Source: Candidatus Anstonellales archaeon (GTDB taxonomy: Archaea; Micrarchaeota; Micrarchaeia; Anstonellales; J096). From it: 49,314 nt of DNA. Positions within the stretch are counted from its first letter, which is position 1; every line of letters begins with the position of its first letter. The notes beneath the pieces were generated by a model. That model worked only from the letters and a program-made list of their open reading frames with translations, did not search any database and was not told the DNA's origin. Both the position numbers and the translations under genes were made by a program. Positions 10,001 to 19,535 of the stretch are shown here, one piece after another. The DNA is taken from positions 1 to 49,314 of the forward strand of contig JAWACY010000003.1 of assembly GCA_038896535.1 (NCBI GenBank). The letters run 5' to 3'.

Positions 10001-12375
10001 ATATTACCATTTACAAACTTCATACTTTGTAGTTGCTGTCCCTGTATTTGTGAAATAGTATTATTTTTTGTATCAATTGTAAAACCAAGGCCAATATTTT
10101 CACCATAAGCCCGCCAGCCAACAATACTAACGTTGTTAATTCTAATTATTCTTAAATTTTCGCTATGCAAGAGACTTTCAACAACGCCATCACTAAAGAA
10201 CTTGTTACCTCTTAGTTCCCCTAAACTCTTTGTATTTAATATTCCAACAACAGTCTCTTGATCAGATGAAATTGTTTTAGTTAAGGCACTAGCATTCTCT
10301 GGGTTTTTTAAAAACTCTAATATTTTTCCTTGATCTCCCCCTTTAACTAAATCTAAAAATTTCTTTTCTATCTCTGTTCTTTGTGATTCTGGTTTAGATT
10401 CTATAATTTGTTTTAGCGCTGATGCCATTAATTCAGTATTACCATGCTGTCGTGCTTTATTTAATTCTTCAATTAGTTTTATTCTGTTATCCAATGTTTC
10501 TAAAAACTTCATAACTGCTTGAGCAACAACCATTATTTGCCCACGCTCACTTTCTGGCAATAAGTCAGGTTTACCTAATAGAAATTTTATTCTTTCTCTT
10601 GACGTTGCTTCACTCCATTTTTTTCCCTTACTTTGCTTTTCAAACTCCTCCTGTAATTTAGGATCCTTCCCTATTTTATCTCCTATATCATTAAGTGTTT
10701 GCTCTAATTGTTTAATTAATGATTCCGCTTGTTCACCCAATTCCTTACGTAAAAGCTCTTTTTCTTGTTCAGTTGGTTCGTTTTTTTGACCTATTTTTCC
10801 ATTAGCATTTTCTGCATTTTCGGTATCTTTTTTGATTTCTATCTTATCGGTTAAATCAACAATTACGGAAACCAAAGCATCAAAATCTTTTTTAAATTTT
10901 ATATAAGTTGTATACCACCAAGAGCCACCATAAATAGCTAAAATAATAATAAGGCCATGTAAAAGCCCTGCTAAAGCATTTTTAATAGCTGCGCTTTTTG
11001 GCTCACCACCTGTAGCCTGCTTTACAAAATTTGCCGTAATTTGAGAAAACGAGAACTCTCTTGGTATATCTATTTTCTTTTCCATTGCACTCTTTATTAT
11101 CTCTTCCTCAGCTTTTTCAAGAGGATTTTTGCCTTCTTTGTCCCCTATAAGCCTGCCACTGGCAAATGAAATAAGGCCTCCTGGTGTTGAGAATTGCCTA
11201 GCAACTTTTTCAGCTGCAACAATCTTGGTTAAAATATTTGATTGTTTGACCACTCCAGCTGGCGTAGCCCCGCCAGTTCCACCTGAAGATCCTGGTGCAA
11301 CAGCGCTTCCTAACCCGCCAGCTTGTTGTGCTTTGCCCTCCCCTGCCTTACCTCCCCCGGTTTGTTGTTCGCCTTCTCCTTCACCGCTGCCTTGTTCTTT
11401 CTCCCCTTTTTTTCCACCACTTCCAATAACATTTTTTGCTAAGCCGTATAATCCGTAAAGCATGGCTCCAGCACCAAGACCAAGCCTTATTGCCCTCTCT
11501 GTTTTTGCAAGCGCTTTAGAGCCGAAAAGGTAGCCTTTTTTTTCAAAAGACAATCCAGCAGACCCAGGACTTATATACAACGGTTTTTTGCTACTTGCTT
11601 CTAATGTTAACCAAAAAAATGGATTGCTGCCAGATGCAATTGCCCCTGCAATTAAAAGGCCCAAAAATAATGTGCAAATGAATAAAGGCCAGAAGAAGTT
11701 TGTTTGAGTTAGTTGACCAAAAGATAAGCTTGATTTTGGCGGGTTTGGTGGGATAGTGCTGAAAGTTGCTGGAGACGGCACTATTTGACTTTTTCTCCCA
11801 TCGGGTCTAGGAATATAGCTTTCGTTAATATCGCAACTACCATTTAATATAGCATTATTCTGCCCAGTATTAGGGAAACATGGAATTTGCTCAGCACTAA
11901 TGCTGCCTAAATTATTAAGATTTGAAAATCGATCTCTCCATGCATTTAAATCATTATAATTATTCTCATTAAATCCAAGCGATTCGCCAACATAGCAAAA
12001 TTTTGTTACATTATAATAAGGCAATACAACTGTTAATGATGCATTCTCTAAATTATTGCCCCAATTTGTTAATAATTTTTCTTTACTCAATACTGCATAG
12101 CCATTTTCATTCCCTGTTATTCTATAAATGCATGGTTTTGCTTGATTGCACTCAATATTATTTATATTTACGCCAGAAATTAATACAAAGAATACAGGAT
12201 ATGCGACCTTTTTTAATGTACCATCAACAAAAGCAACAGCACCAAATGTTATTGTTTCTTTATCCTGGCTTATTACTATGCTTGTATAAACTGTTGGTCT
12301 AACATCAAGCGGGCAAGCAGCAAATATGAGATTGAAGAATAAAAGCAAAGCAAGGAAATATAAAGCTGGCTTCAT
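7081..12375 (-). CDS. Very large (1764 aa) membrane-anchored protein, unknown function
   Basis: N-terminal signal peptide, Cys/Asn-rich ~200 aa domain, TM ending GLLIAGAIASGSNPF, further hydrophobic segments near aa 300 and 470-490, Gly-rich linker, long charged/beta-rich C-terminal region, G/N/Q tail. Confidence 0.85.
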   Translation of the reverse strand: MKPALYFLALLLFFNLIFAACPLDVRPTVYTSIVISQDKETITFGAVAFVDGTLKKVAYPVFFVLISGVNINNIECNQAKPCIYRITGNENGYAVLSKEKLLTNWGNNLENASLTVVLPYYNVTKFCYVGESLGFNENNYNDLNAWRDRFSNLNNLGSISAEQIPCFPNTGQNNAILNGSCDINESYIPRPDGRKSQIVPSPATFSTIPPNPPKSSLSFGQLTQTNFFWPLFICTLFLGLLIAGAIASGSNPFFWLTLEASSKKPLYISPGSAGLSFEKKGYLFGSKALAKTERAIRLGLGAGAMLYGLYGLAKNVIGSGGKKGEKEQGSGEGEGEQQTGGGKAGEGKAQQAGGLGSAVAPGSSGGTGGATPAGVVKQSNILTKIVAAEKVARQFSTPGGLISFASGRLIGDKEGKNPLEKAEEEIIKSAMEKKIDIPREFSFSQITANFVKQATGGEPKSAAIKNALAGLLHGLIIILAIYGGSWWYTTYIKFKKDFDALVSVIVDLTDKIEIKKDTENAENANGKIGQKNEPTEQEKELLRKELGEQAESLIKQLEQTLNDIGDKIGKDPKLQEEFEKQSKGKKWSEATSRERIKFLLGKPDLLPESERGQIMVVAQAVMKFLETLDNRIKLIEELNKARQHGNTELMASALKQIIESKPESQRTEIEKKFLDLVKGGDQGKILEFLKNPENASALTKTISSDQETVVGILNTKSLGELRGNKFFSDGVVESLLHSENLRIIRINNVSIVGWRAYGENIGLGFTIDTKNNTISQIQGQQLQSMKFVNGNMQIASTIEEKDGKRILKIGDGLAVIELPSDVPKDIVGKKIFVTGTNLDDNTSAYIISEADGKKSIGAVINDAGGGIFFTNQIGLNDNGEITLSKVNIESSKGSYRIDFGNGKYMKVDITDSQYGTTSVAITNAEKYSRTISSWSIYGSTEINIEGQLKDGKFEGGGSITLNGKTYRSVEEVIHLNEEAVQRSTAAQVLGIDAHNIVEMKNDGGVVIITTTEGKVYKLTSQNGLSLNIEADGKTRQVTFNNEDEKNLVEIIFARDLKISGHSITYTNPFFTNLKERVEETHYFNVDYNIRDGITFNIGNQSLQTTIAQLDLPAEYLLILSALKTDTLKFGDNGKIDFINPYNMSDPNVFAIARTITKNGNYVNYLNPTEIEKIEYKRDENGKLSLYVTTTDGGKYRIESENIPPNANLTPNSVYYLDNGRVKSVEQGSMIHDEIASYAIKDLFRFLSQSEAYGLKGVQAISYNDFETFNGETRIRITITNKDGRTETGYITFDKEGSPDKLTIGERKIDIKDALSGALSGIENPVERLVIEQRILSSLVGAKYERERYEENIKGIQNAIVTASPELEGAKVLGYQFRTENGQTRIEVQIIKKDGQEDKVDIKFDPATGSPELRYGRVAIGLGKEVEKLREEYERTNYSIRDEVRDLTEELSKLPNSPIKPDEIRSIEVGRGRGVTIQTSTASYTIEQAEEGIKIKDAGGNEIKIDDQQQRERLQYIMGGFRNALNNQRLNNYAGSVESIKYNKMEKENKETVDKETVEASNGTFEIGSSMEIKPVKLKRLESGYTVQYLPDYKENELQFSHPLNLSNAYGSCLPRENGNECTIYANTVFPQAAQPFGMTSSLANVPINTVKSGEIENVSNNSLGKIEYMLEQTEKFGGGYPELKKSIEMARYEIEKTKYKLNEAWGPPLEELRQLIEKQKPEEQNPNNTGGGTTGGNTGNQNTQNEQGGNAQSGQSGNSQSQQP

Positions 12376-12394
12376 GAAATAATTAAAGAAAAAC

Positions 12395-12402
12395 TTTTTA
12401 AA
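12395..12402. promoter_or_regulatory. Putative shared bidirectional TATA box for the envelope locus
   Basis: TTTTTAAA at the midpoint (12399) between ATG 12375 (-) and ATG 12423 (+). Confidence 0.6.
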
Positions 12403-12422
12403 TGGCTTGTCTATATTTTTTT

Positions 12423-13544
12423 ATGTCATCTGACTGGTGTACAATCGGAACTGGTGATATAATTTCTGCTGCTGGTATTGCTGGATTAGCTGGTGTTATT
12501 GGCGTTATGTATATTGTAATTGAAGACATGCTTGGAAGGATAACTAATCCACAACACAACACTGAAAGAATGAAATCAGAGGTAAGGAGTATTCTTGCAG
12601 GAGGCGTAGTAGTTGCTGTTTTACTATCTTTTCTTACTACATTTGGTGGTAGTATAGGAACAGTTTTTGATAATTACAATACAAGCACATCAGATTATTT
12701 AAATAATATGACTAATGTGATAAATAAAGCTTCTGTTCTTACTGCATATATGACTGATTTAGCTCCTTATTCTTATACACAACAAGAGAGTTTTATAGTT
12801 AAACATGGCTATGCAAGATCAAATATTCTTGTATTCTTAAAACAACTAGTTGGGGATATGAATACGATTTTAGAAGCATTATACAATTTATGGGCAATAA
12901 GACAGGCTAGCATTTATTTTATTTGTTTTGCTATTGGCGCTAGTTTTAAGTATTTAATGCCTGCTGGTATAATATTAAGATTTTTCCCACCAACAAAAAA
13001 AGTTGGCTCAACATTTTTATCTATCTCTGTTGGAGTTATATTCTTTATGCCTGTTGCATTTTACTTATCACATAAAATAATTGAGGGGATAATGCCTATC
13101 AGAAATTGGGATGATATGAGTAATATGGGGGGGCTTGAGGATAAAATAAAAATTATGTTAAGTAAAGCTTTAATACCATTTACTGTTATGACACATCCAG
13201 GAGCGGCATTTTCATATGGCCTTGCTTCTGTTGGAGAAATTGCATTAAATGCTGTTGCCCCTGGCTTAGGGCCAGTAATTCATGGTGGTTTTGTCTTCTA
13301 TGCAAAATCTATTATAAGCATAATAACTATAGCTAATTATTTAGCAATAAAGGGCAATGTTGACAATGTTATGGACCTTGGCTCTTCAGGGCTTAAAGAA
13401 TTGACGGATTTTTCCATAAAAGAGCATCTTAAGACCATTTTATTCTTTTTATTGTCAGTATTATCAACATTCGTTTCAATAAGGTCAATCTCATTATTAT
13501 TGGGAGGTGAGTTCTTTTTGTATGGCATTCAAGAAAGGATTTAG
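12423..13544 (+). CDS. CedA/VirB6-like membrane protein, paralog 1
   Basis: N-terminal TM-amphipathic-TM (RMKSEVRSIL), core MPAGIILRFFPPTKKVGSTFLSISVGVIFFMP, C-terminal SISLLLGGE. Start ATG 12423 preferred over 12402. Confidence 0.6.
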   Translation: MSSDWCTIGTGDIISAAGIAGLAGVIGVMYIVIEDMLGRITNPQHNTERMKSEVRSILAGGVVVAVLLSFLTTFGGSIGTVFDNYNTSTSDYLNNMTNVINKASVLTAYMTDLAPYSYTQQESFIVKHGYARSNILVFLKQLVGDMNTILEALYNLWAIRQASIYFICFAIGASFKYLMPAGIILRFFPPTKKVGSTFLSISVGVIFFMPVAFYLSHKIIEGIMPIRNWDDMSNMGGLEDKIKIMLSKALIPFTVMTHPGAAFSYGLASVGEIALNAVAPGLGPVIHGGFVFYAKSIISIITIANYLAIKGNVDNVMDLGSSGLKELTDFSIKEHLKTILFFLLSVLSTFVSIRSISLLLGGEFFLYGIQERI

Positions 13545-14658
13545 CATATTTATATTTGCTCTTTTTGCGCTATGCATTTTATTTACAGCAGAGCAAAGTC
13601 AGTTAAAACCAGAAGAACTTGTTTTTAAAGAAGCAAGCCCAATGATGTTTGTTTTAATTGGCCTTTCTCTAGCCATAATAATTGCAGTCTATTTATTAGG
13701 AATATTAACAAAAAATGATGAATGGATATTTTTAGCAAAAAAGGAAGCATGGCAGCTTGCTTTGACTATTGCTTTAGTTATAATATATACTGGCATAATA
13801 TACTTCACTATTAATTCATTTTTACAAACTCTCCAATTTTCAGATGCTGACTCAGTTAAGGATTATGTAATAAAAAATCTTCAGGAAAAAGAAAAAGAAA
13901 TAACAGCAAGCGTACAAACAGGCATTCAGAAGCAATATGAATATTTAATTAAAGGAACAACTATTGTGCCTGCAATAGCATTAAATTTAAATCCGGCATT
14001 TTTAGCATATGTGATTTTTGGGAATCCTGCTACTATTATTAGGACAGCTACAGCAACATTAGCTTGTTTGTCTGGTCCATTATCAGCAATTCCAATTGTC
14101 GGGCAAATACTTTTAGCTTTATGCATAGCACTTAATATAATTCTTACGATCTTAAATACAGCAGCAGCAAATATGCTTACCTTTTCATTTATGACAGATT
14201 ACAATTTTCTTTTTTATTCTCAAATAATGGAACAGTTCTTGGGCAGGTATGCTACTTTGATAGAGAATTCTTTAATTCCATTTAGAATAATAATATCATT
14301 TTATTTCTCTTCTGTTGCCCCAGTATTACCAATCATGGCAATATTGCTCAGGCTTTTCCCTCCAACAAGAAAGGCAGGAAATTTTGTTTTTACAATAGCA
14401 ATAGCATTCGGAGCAGTTTTCTTGTTTTTGCTAGCTGCCCTGTATAAAAGTTATGACTCAATTTCTCCTGTTAATGATTTCTGCTCTGGAATAGAGAGGT
14501 CATTTCAATTTGGTCCTTTGAGTTCATGCACAGATAATTTAAATTTACCAAAAATTGTTTATTATATCCCTTTAATTACAGTTATTCCATACATAGCATT
14601 TTCAATATCCCTGACATTTGCACAGAACTTCAATAAGATTTTTGATTATTTTGAGTGA
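13522..14658 (+). CDS. CedA/VirB6-like membrane protein, paralog 2
   Basis: LAKKEAWQL and core PIMAILLRLFPPTRKAGNFVFTIAIAF. SD-like GGAGGTGA upstream of ATG 13522 (track start 13507). Confidence 0.6.
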   Translation: MAFKKGFSIFIFALFALCILFTAEQSQLKPEELVFKEASPMMFVLIGLSLAIIIAVYLLGILTKNDEWIFLAKKEAWQLALTIALVIIYTGIIYFTINSFLQTLQFSDADSVKDYVIKNLQEKEKEITASVQTGIQKQYEYLIKGTTIVPAIALNLNPAFLAYVIFGNPATIIRTATATLACLSGPLSAIPIVGQILLALCIALNIILTILNTAAANMLTFSFMTDYNFLFYSQIMEQFLGRYATLIENSLIPFRIIISFYFSSVAPVLPIMAILLRLFPPTRKAGNFVFTIAIAFGAVFLFLLAALYKSYDSISPVNDFCSGIERSFQFGPLSSCTDNLNLPKIVYYIPLITVIPYIAFSISLTFAQNFNKIFDYFE

Positions 14659-14662
14659 TAAT

Positions 14663-17290
14663 ATGATGGGCAATATGAAAGTTGCATTTAAATTATTTTT
14701 GTTTTTCATGCTGATATTATACATTAATAATGCAACAAACGGAGTTCCTGAAAGGCTTTTTATAAATGAAACAAACATATCAAATATAGGGCTAAGCGGA
14801 TTACCAGAAGGGATCGCTCAGGATTGGACGGCATTTACTATCTATGCTTTAATGATTTCATTTGTTTTTTCTGTTATTCTTTATATGGGCTCAAAAGCAC
14901 TTGATAGCATATCATTAAGAGCGCATGCTTTAAATGAAATACACGAATTTTTAGCATCTGTATTAATATTCATATTAATTGGCAGTGTTATTGCATTGTT
15001 AAACAATGTTTTCGCTGATCCAACAGTTTGTAGTGCTGCAGGTGCTGTTAGGGTTAATTGCTTTGTTCAACAAGTAAGAGTAGCATTAGAGAAATTAGAT
15101 ACTGGTATGAGTTCTTTATATTTGAATACAATGAAACAAGTTGCTGATATACAAGCAGCAAGTGGATTAAGTGAAACTTGGGGGACTGATCTTGCGCTTT
15201 TAGGAAATGTTGAATACAATAAACAAACAAATCAGGGCCAATTGTCTTTATTGCCAATAAAAAGTAATACAATGCAGCATGCTAGAAATATTTATATTTT
15301 TACAACGAGTTTTAAGTCATTCTTTAATAATTTTTTAATCCCATTGGCAATTATAATGCTTCCTATTGGCATATTTTTAAGGTCTCTTTTCTTTACCAGG
15401 AGGTTAGGAGCTACAATCCTTGCATTGGCTCTTTCTGCATATGTGGTGTTTCCTGTTTTATTAAACTACTTAATGTATTTAGCTGGATTTATAGAACCAA
15501 GCTCTCCTTATGCCCCAAGTCCATCATGCCCTGCAGCATGCTCAAATCCAGTTCCAGAAATTATTGACTCAAGTAATAATGCGGCAGATACTGCTGAGTT
15601 GCTTAAAAGTGCACTGCCATCAGATGGTAGTGATCCATTTAGTAATGATAATTTTATGAGCTATTATAATTTAAGCCTTGGTTTGCTTTCATCTTATAAT
15701 GGCTATAAGTCTTGTAGTAATTTATCTTGGACTTCTGGCCAGCAGGTAGATTTATCAAATGGTAAATGCCCAACAGCATGCAGGATTATCCCATACCCAT
15801 CTGATAATCCTGTTTGTAGAGATTATGAATATTATTGCAAAAACCTTTTTGAAATAACAAATGGAGGATGTTTTGCAAAACTTGTTTACGATCAAAACAA
15901 TCTAAAGACAAACACAATTATATCTGATCCTGATTTTCTTTCTTTAAGAGTGCCTGTATTAAAAAGAGGCACAAATACAATAACAGTCGAACAGCAGCAT
16001 CCTGTAATAGCAGCAGTAAATAATGCGTGTGGTTATTTAATACCATCAAAAATTCCTCAAAATGTTCCATTAAAAGATAAAGATGGAAATGCTATAGTCC
16101 AGCCAGAGTCTGGGACCAATTATAATACAACAATGTTTTGTCCAGAGATTTTTAGAAAAATTGTTATTGATATGAGCGATTTAAACAATATAAAGATTAT
16201 AAAACCAACAAATACTCTGAATTTAAATGATAATATAAATGATAATGAGGAGAGAAAAATATATGATTCGTGTGAAGAATTTTATAAACAAGCATTGCCA
16301 ACAGGCGGTAATTTTTTGAATTTCCTTCTTGACACAGTAGCATTATTCAATGCAGGCAGAACAATTTATTTAAAAATGAATGTTACTGATGCTGGCCAGC
16401 AATCTGGGGTAACAATAACTTTGCCTCGCACTAAGTTTGGTTGGGTAGGTAATACGGGCCAATTAAAAGTTGAATATCTACATGGAGAAAGTTTGCCAAA
16501 TTGCCAGCCAAACGACCCCGATTGCGGGCAAGTGAAAATAAACGGCACAGGTTCTATAAATTGGTATTCATGCCAATCTCCATCTTATGCTGACGGCAAT
16601 TACAATTTGTATTATAATATTTATTACAATTATAGTAATGGTCAATACGCATATGTTGATTCTGGAACTGCTAGTTGTACTTATAGATGCGATAGCAAGC
16701 CTGATGGAACTGGTGGGCAAAAAGGTATATATGAACAACCAAATGATTGCGATATAACAGTAAATAAAACAAATGTTACATTTTATTTCTCTATAAACAG
16801 CGGCGGAAGGTCAAATAATAATGAGTTAGTTAATGCTGTTTTAAGAGGTTCAATAATTGATACAAATTATATTTACTCTATATATAGGGCAAGCAATAGT
16901 ATAATAGGCACTTACTCAGTTGCTTCGAAAACAGGGCCGAGTAATAATATAAATAGTATATCTGATTATGCATCTGATATATCAAATTATTATAATCTTT
17001 CTATTCCTGTTTTAGTTATTGGCAATTGTGGTAATATAGCAGCTGTGCCTGATAAAGCTTTATGGTTACCTCCAACAATTGATTGCAGTAAATGCCAGAG
17101 ATTAGGATTTTCCCCATTATCAGCAAGCTTAAAATCTTCTAGCCCAGAAATAAATGCAATAGCTAATGGATATATAAAATCAATGGTTATACCAATGATT
17201 GCAATTGCTTTAACTGCTGTAATAATTCCAGGGCTTTCAAGCTTTTTAGGCGGGGAGATGTTTATCCCGGCGCTAGAAAAATTGTTGTGA
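14663..17290 (+). CDS. CedA/VirB6-like membrane protein, paralog 3, with large Cys-rich insert
   Basis: HALNEIHEF, core PIGIFLRSLFFTRRLGATILALALSAYVVFP, C-terminal GLSSFLGGE, ~550 aa Cys/Asn-rich loop. Track start 14618. Confidence 0.6.
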   Translation: MMGNMKVAFKLFLFFMLILYINNATNGVPERLFINETNISNIGLSGLPEGIAQDWTAFTIYALMISFVFSVILYMGSKALDSISLRAHALNEIHEFLASVLIFILIGSVIALLNNVFADPTVCSAAGAVRVNCFVQQVRVALEKLDTGMSSLYLNTMKQVADIQAASGLSETWGTDLALLGNVEYNKQTNQGQLSLLPIKSNTMQHARNIYIFTTSFKSFFNNFLIPLAIIMLPIGIFLRSLFFTRRLGATILALALSAYVVFPVLLNYLMYLAGFIEPSSPYAPSPSCPAACSNPVPEIIDSSNNAADTAELLKSALPSDGSDPFSNDNFMSYYNLSLGLLSSYNGYKSCSNLSWTSGQQVDLSNGKCPTACRIIPYPSDNPVCRDYEYYCKNLFEITNGGCFAKLVYDQNNLKTNTIISDPDFLSLRVPVLKRGTNTITVEQQHPVIAAVNNACGYLIPSKIPQNVPLKDKDGNAIVQPESGTNYNTTMFCPEIFRKIVIDMSDLNNIKIIKPTNTLNLNDNINDNEERKIYDSCEEFYKQALPTGGNFLNFLLDTVALFNAGRTIYLKMNVTDAGQQSGVTITLPRTKFGWVGNTGQLKVEYLHGESLPNCQPNDPDCGQVKINGTGSINWYSCQSPSYADGNYNLYYNIYYNYSNGQYAYVDSGTASCTYRCDSKPDGTGGQKGIYEQPNDCDITVNKTNVTFYFSINSGGRSNNNELVNAVLRGSIIDTNYIYSIYRASNSIIGTYSVASKTGPSNNINSISDYASDISNYYNLSIPVLVIGNCGNIAAVPDKALWLPPTIDCSKCQRLGFSPLSASLKSSSPEINAIANGYIKSMVIPMIAIALTAVIIPGLSSFLGGEMFIPALEKLL

Positions 17291-17294
17291 GAAA

Positions 17295-18380
17295 ATGACA
17301 GTTTTAACAATAGTTGCAATTTTAGTAGTAATTGCAATTAGCTTTTATACAGCTATTTATTTACTCGGCAGAATTTTTAATGCCAGAAATGTCATGCAGA
17401 TTGCTATTACTAATGGGGCAGATGCTTTATTTACAATTGTTTTAGCATATATACTTATATTACTTGTTAAAGATGGCGATGCAGGGATTTTAAGCAAATC
17501 AGCAGTTTATTTTGTTAATGCAACTGTTGGTGGCATTGATAGCGCTGCTGGAGATAATTTAACACTCCAATATCAGAAATTTTACAATAGAACTTATAAT
17601 AATGTAACAAATATGCTTTTTGATATAAGTGATAGATTATTAACAATAGGGAATAGAAAAATTGGAGGAATGACTTACCAATTTTCTGGTGGCGCTTCTG
17701 ATAGTCTTGGAGCATTGACTGATATCGCTGGTGGGATAGAAGCTGGTAAAGAGGGAGGCGCTTCAATTGGCAGTGGATTAACTAAGGCAGTAACAGGCAT
17801 GATTCCATCAACATCTAATGCTATTGGTTTTGGCGGCGCATATAGTGTTGCTGCTAGGAGATTAACAATATTACACACTCATTTATCCTCTCTTCATGGG
17901 CTTCTAATTTATATAAATGAATTAAAAGGGCTTTTAACTGTAAATGCTATAACATTTTTAATAGTTGCAGGGGCAATTATGAGAATATTATTAATAGGCA
18001 AGGGAGGTGGATCATTTTTGATGGCTATGGGGTTATCTTTATACATTATATTGCCTGCCAGCCTTCTTTTTGGCTTTGCTTTAATTCAAAGGGCTATGAC
18101 CGATTTGAGTTTGAGTTGGAATGCTATACCAGATTTGCCAGAAGAAGAGCATATAGGTTATTATTATTTAGATGATTATTCAAAGCCAATGTCAACAAAA
18201 GCGCTTGATACGTTCAAATTAGATACAAATGCAGCAAAAACAATATTCCTAATATTTGCTTATGTTATGGTTATATCACTTTCTCTTTTAGCAGTTATAA
18301 GTACATCAGCAGGTTTGTCATCATTATTTGGTGCTGAAGTGGGCATATGGCTTATTGCTCAAATAGGGAGGTTAGCTTAA
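17295..18380 (+). CDS. CedA/VirB6-like membrane protein, paralog 4
   Basis: IAITNGADAL, core AGAIMRILLIGKGGGSFLMAMGLSLYIILP, C-terminal GLSSLFGAE. Confidence 0.6.
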   Translation: MTVLTIVAILVVIAISFYTAIYLLGRIFNARNVMQIAITNGADALFTIVLAYILILLVKDGDAGILSKSAVYFVNATVGGIDSAAGDNLTLQYQKFYNRTYNNVTNMLFDISDRLLTIGNRKIGGMTYQFSGGASDSLGALTDIAGGIEAGKEGGASIGSGLTKAVTGMIPSTSNAIGFGGAYSVAARRLTILHTHLSSLHGLLIYINELKGLLTVNAITFLIVAGAIMRILLIGKGGGSFLMAMGLSLYIILPASLLFGFALIQRAMTDLSLSWNAIPDLPEEEHIGYYYLDDYSKPMSTKALDTFKLDTNAAKTIFLIFAYVMVISLSLLAVISTSAGLSSLFGAEVGIWLIAQIGRLA

Positions 18381-19535
18381 ATGGTCACATGTAATGCAAT
18401 AACTTTAGATATGTCGATTTTTGGCTTCTCCATTATTCTGGGCTTTTTATTTATATTAATACGTTATTTATTTGCTGAAGTTGCAAATGATGAAAGAGGC
18501 AAGATGGAAGCTAAATATTTGACAGGAGAGCTTATATTGTCTATAATAATAGTTTTGTTCATGGCAGCCATATTAAATCATGCAACAAGTCAAACCGATA
18601 ATAATAATGTATTCATAGCTTTAGTAAATAATGTTTCTTCCTCTGTTTCTTCTTCGTCTCAACAAAATTTAGCCTCATTTGGCACTTCCCAATCAGGCAG
18701 TTTAACATGCAAGGCATTGGCTTATTTAAAGAATATGTCTGCAAATGCTATGGATTTATATAAGGCTAACTTATGGGCAGCAATGGTTGCTGGCCAGCTA
18801 TCGACATTTACTTATAGTATAAATGCTGCAATAGCGTTTACAGAATACATATCAATAAATCTTAATGATTTAAGGCCGATGGGATATTTAGGGAAGAATT
18901 TAGAAAAAGAGTTTTCCAGCCAAGCTTCAAATATTCTAAATGTTGCTGTATTGCCTTTAATATCACAATTTTATATTTTAATGCTTTTTGTTAATAATGA
19001 GCTTCTTAAGCTTTTCCCATTGATTATATTGTTTAGAGTTATACCAGTATTTAAAGGTTTTGCAAATGTTTTATTCTCTGTTATTGTATCATTTGTTATT
19101 GTTATGCCATTAATAATATATGCAGAGAGTTTTATTTTTAAGTTAGATAATTTAAATGTTAATAGCATTACTGAGTATACTGATAACTTAAATGCCTTCT
19201 CCATAGTTTTAAATAAGCCAGTAAAAGAAGCAGTCGAGATATCAAAAGGCGTTATTTCTCAAAGTTGGCCTCTAGGCAGTGAATCAAATCCTTTAACATT
19301 ATATTTGGAGGATGTGTATTTCAAGGTTGATAAGGATAATAAAGTATTTAAGTTTAGAGATAAAGCATTAATTAAATATGATGAGCTTATGAAAAAGAAT
19401 GCAAGAGTCATTGTTGCAGCAGCATTTTTGAGTGCTATAAACATTATTGCTCTTGTTGTTTCTATAAGGTCTCTGCAGCTTTTATTTGGCGATACAACAG
19501 AAAACTTATTTGAGATGTTTATGAGGTGGGTTTAA
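18381..19535 (+). CDS. CedA/VirB6-like membrane protein, paralog 5
   Basis: MEAKYLTGEL, core PLIILFRVIPVFKGFANVLFSVIVSFVIVMP, C-terminal SIRSLQLLFGD. Confidence 0.55.
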   Translation: MVTCNAITLDMSIFGFSIILGFLFILIRYLFAEVANDERGKMEAKYLTGELILSIIIVLFMAAILNHATSQTDNNNVFIALVNNVSSSVSSSSQQNLASFGTSQSGSLTCKALAYLKNMSANAMDLYKANLWAAMVAGQLSTFTYSINAAIAFTEYISINLNDLRPMGYLGKNLEKEFSSQASNILNVAVLPLISQFYILMLFVNNELLKLFPLIILFRVIPVFKGFANVLFSVIVSFVIVMPLIIYAESFIFKLDNLNVNSITEYTDNLNAFSIVLNKPVKEAVEISKGVISQSWPLGSESNPLTLYLEDVYFKVDKDNKVFKFRDKALIKYDELMKKNARVIVAAAFLSAINIIALVVSIRSLQLLFGDTTENLFEMFMRWV

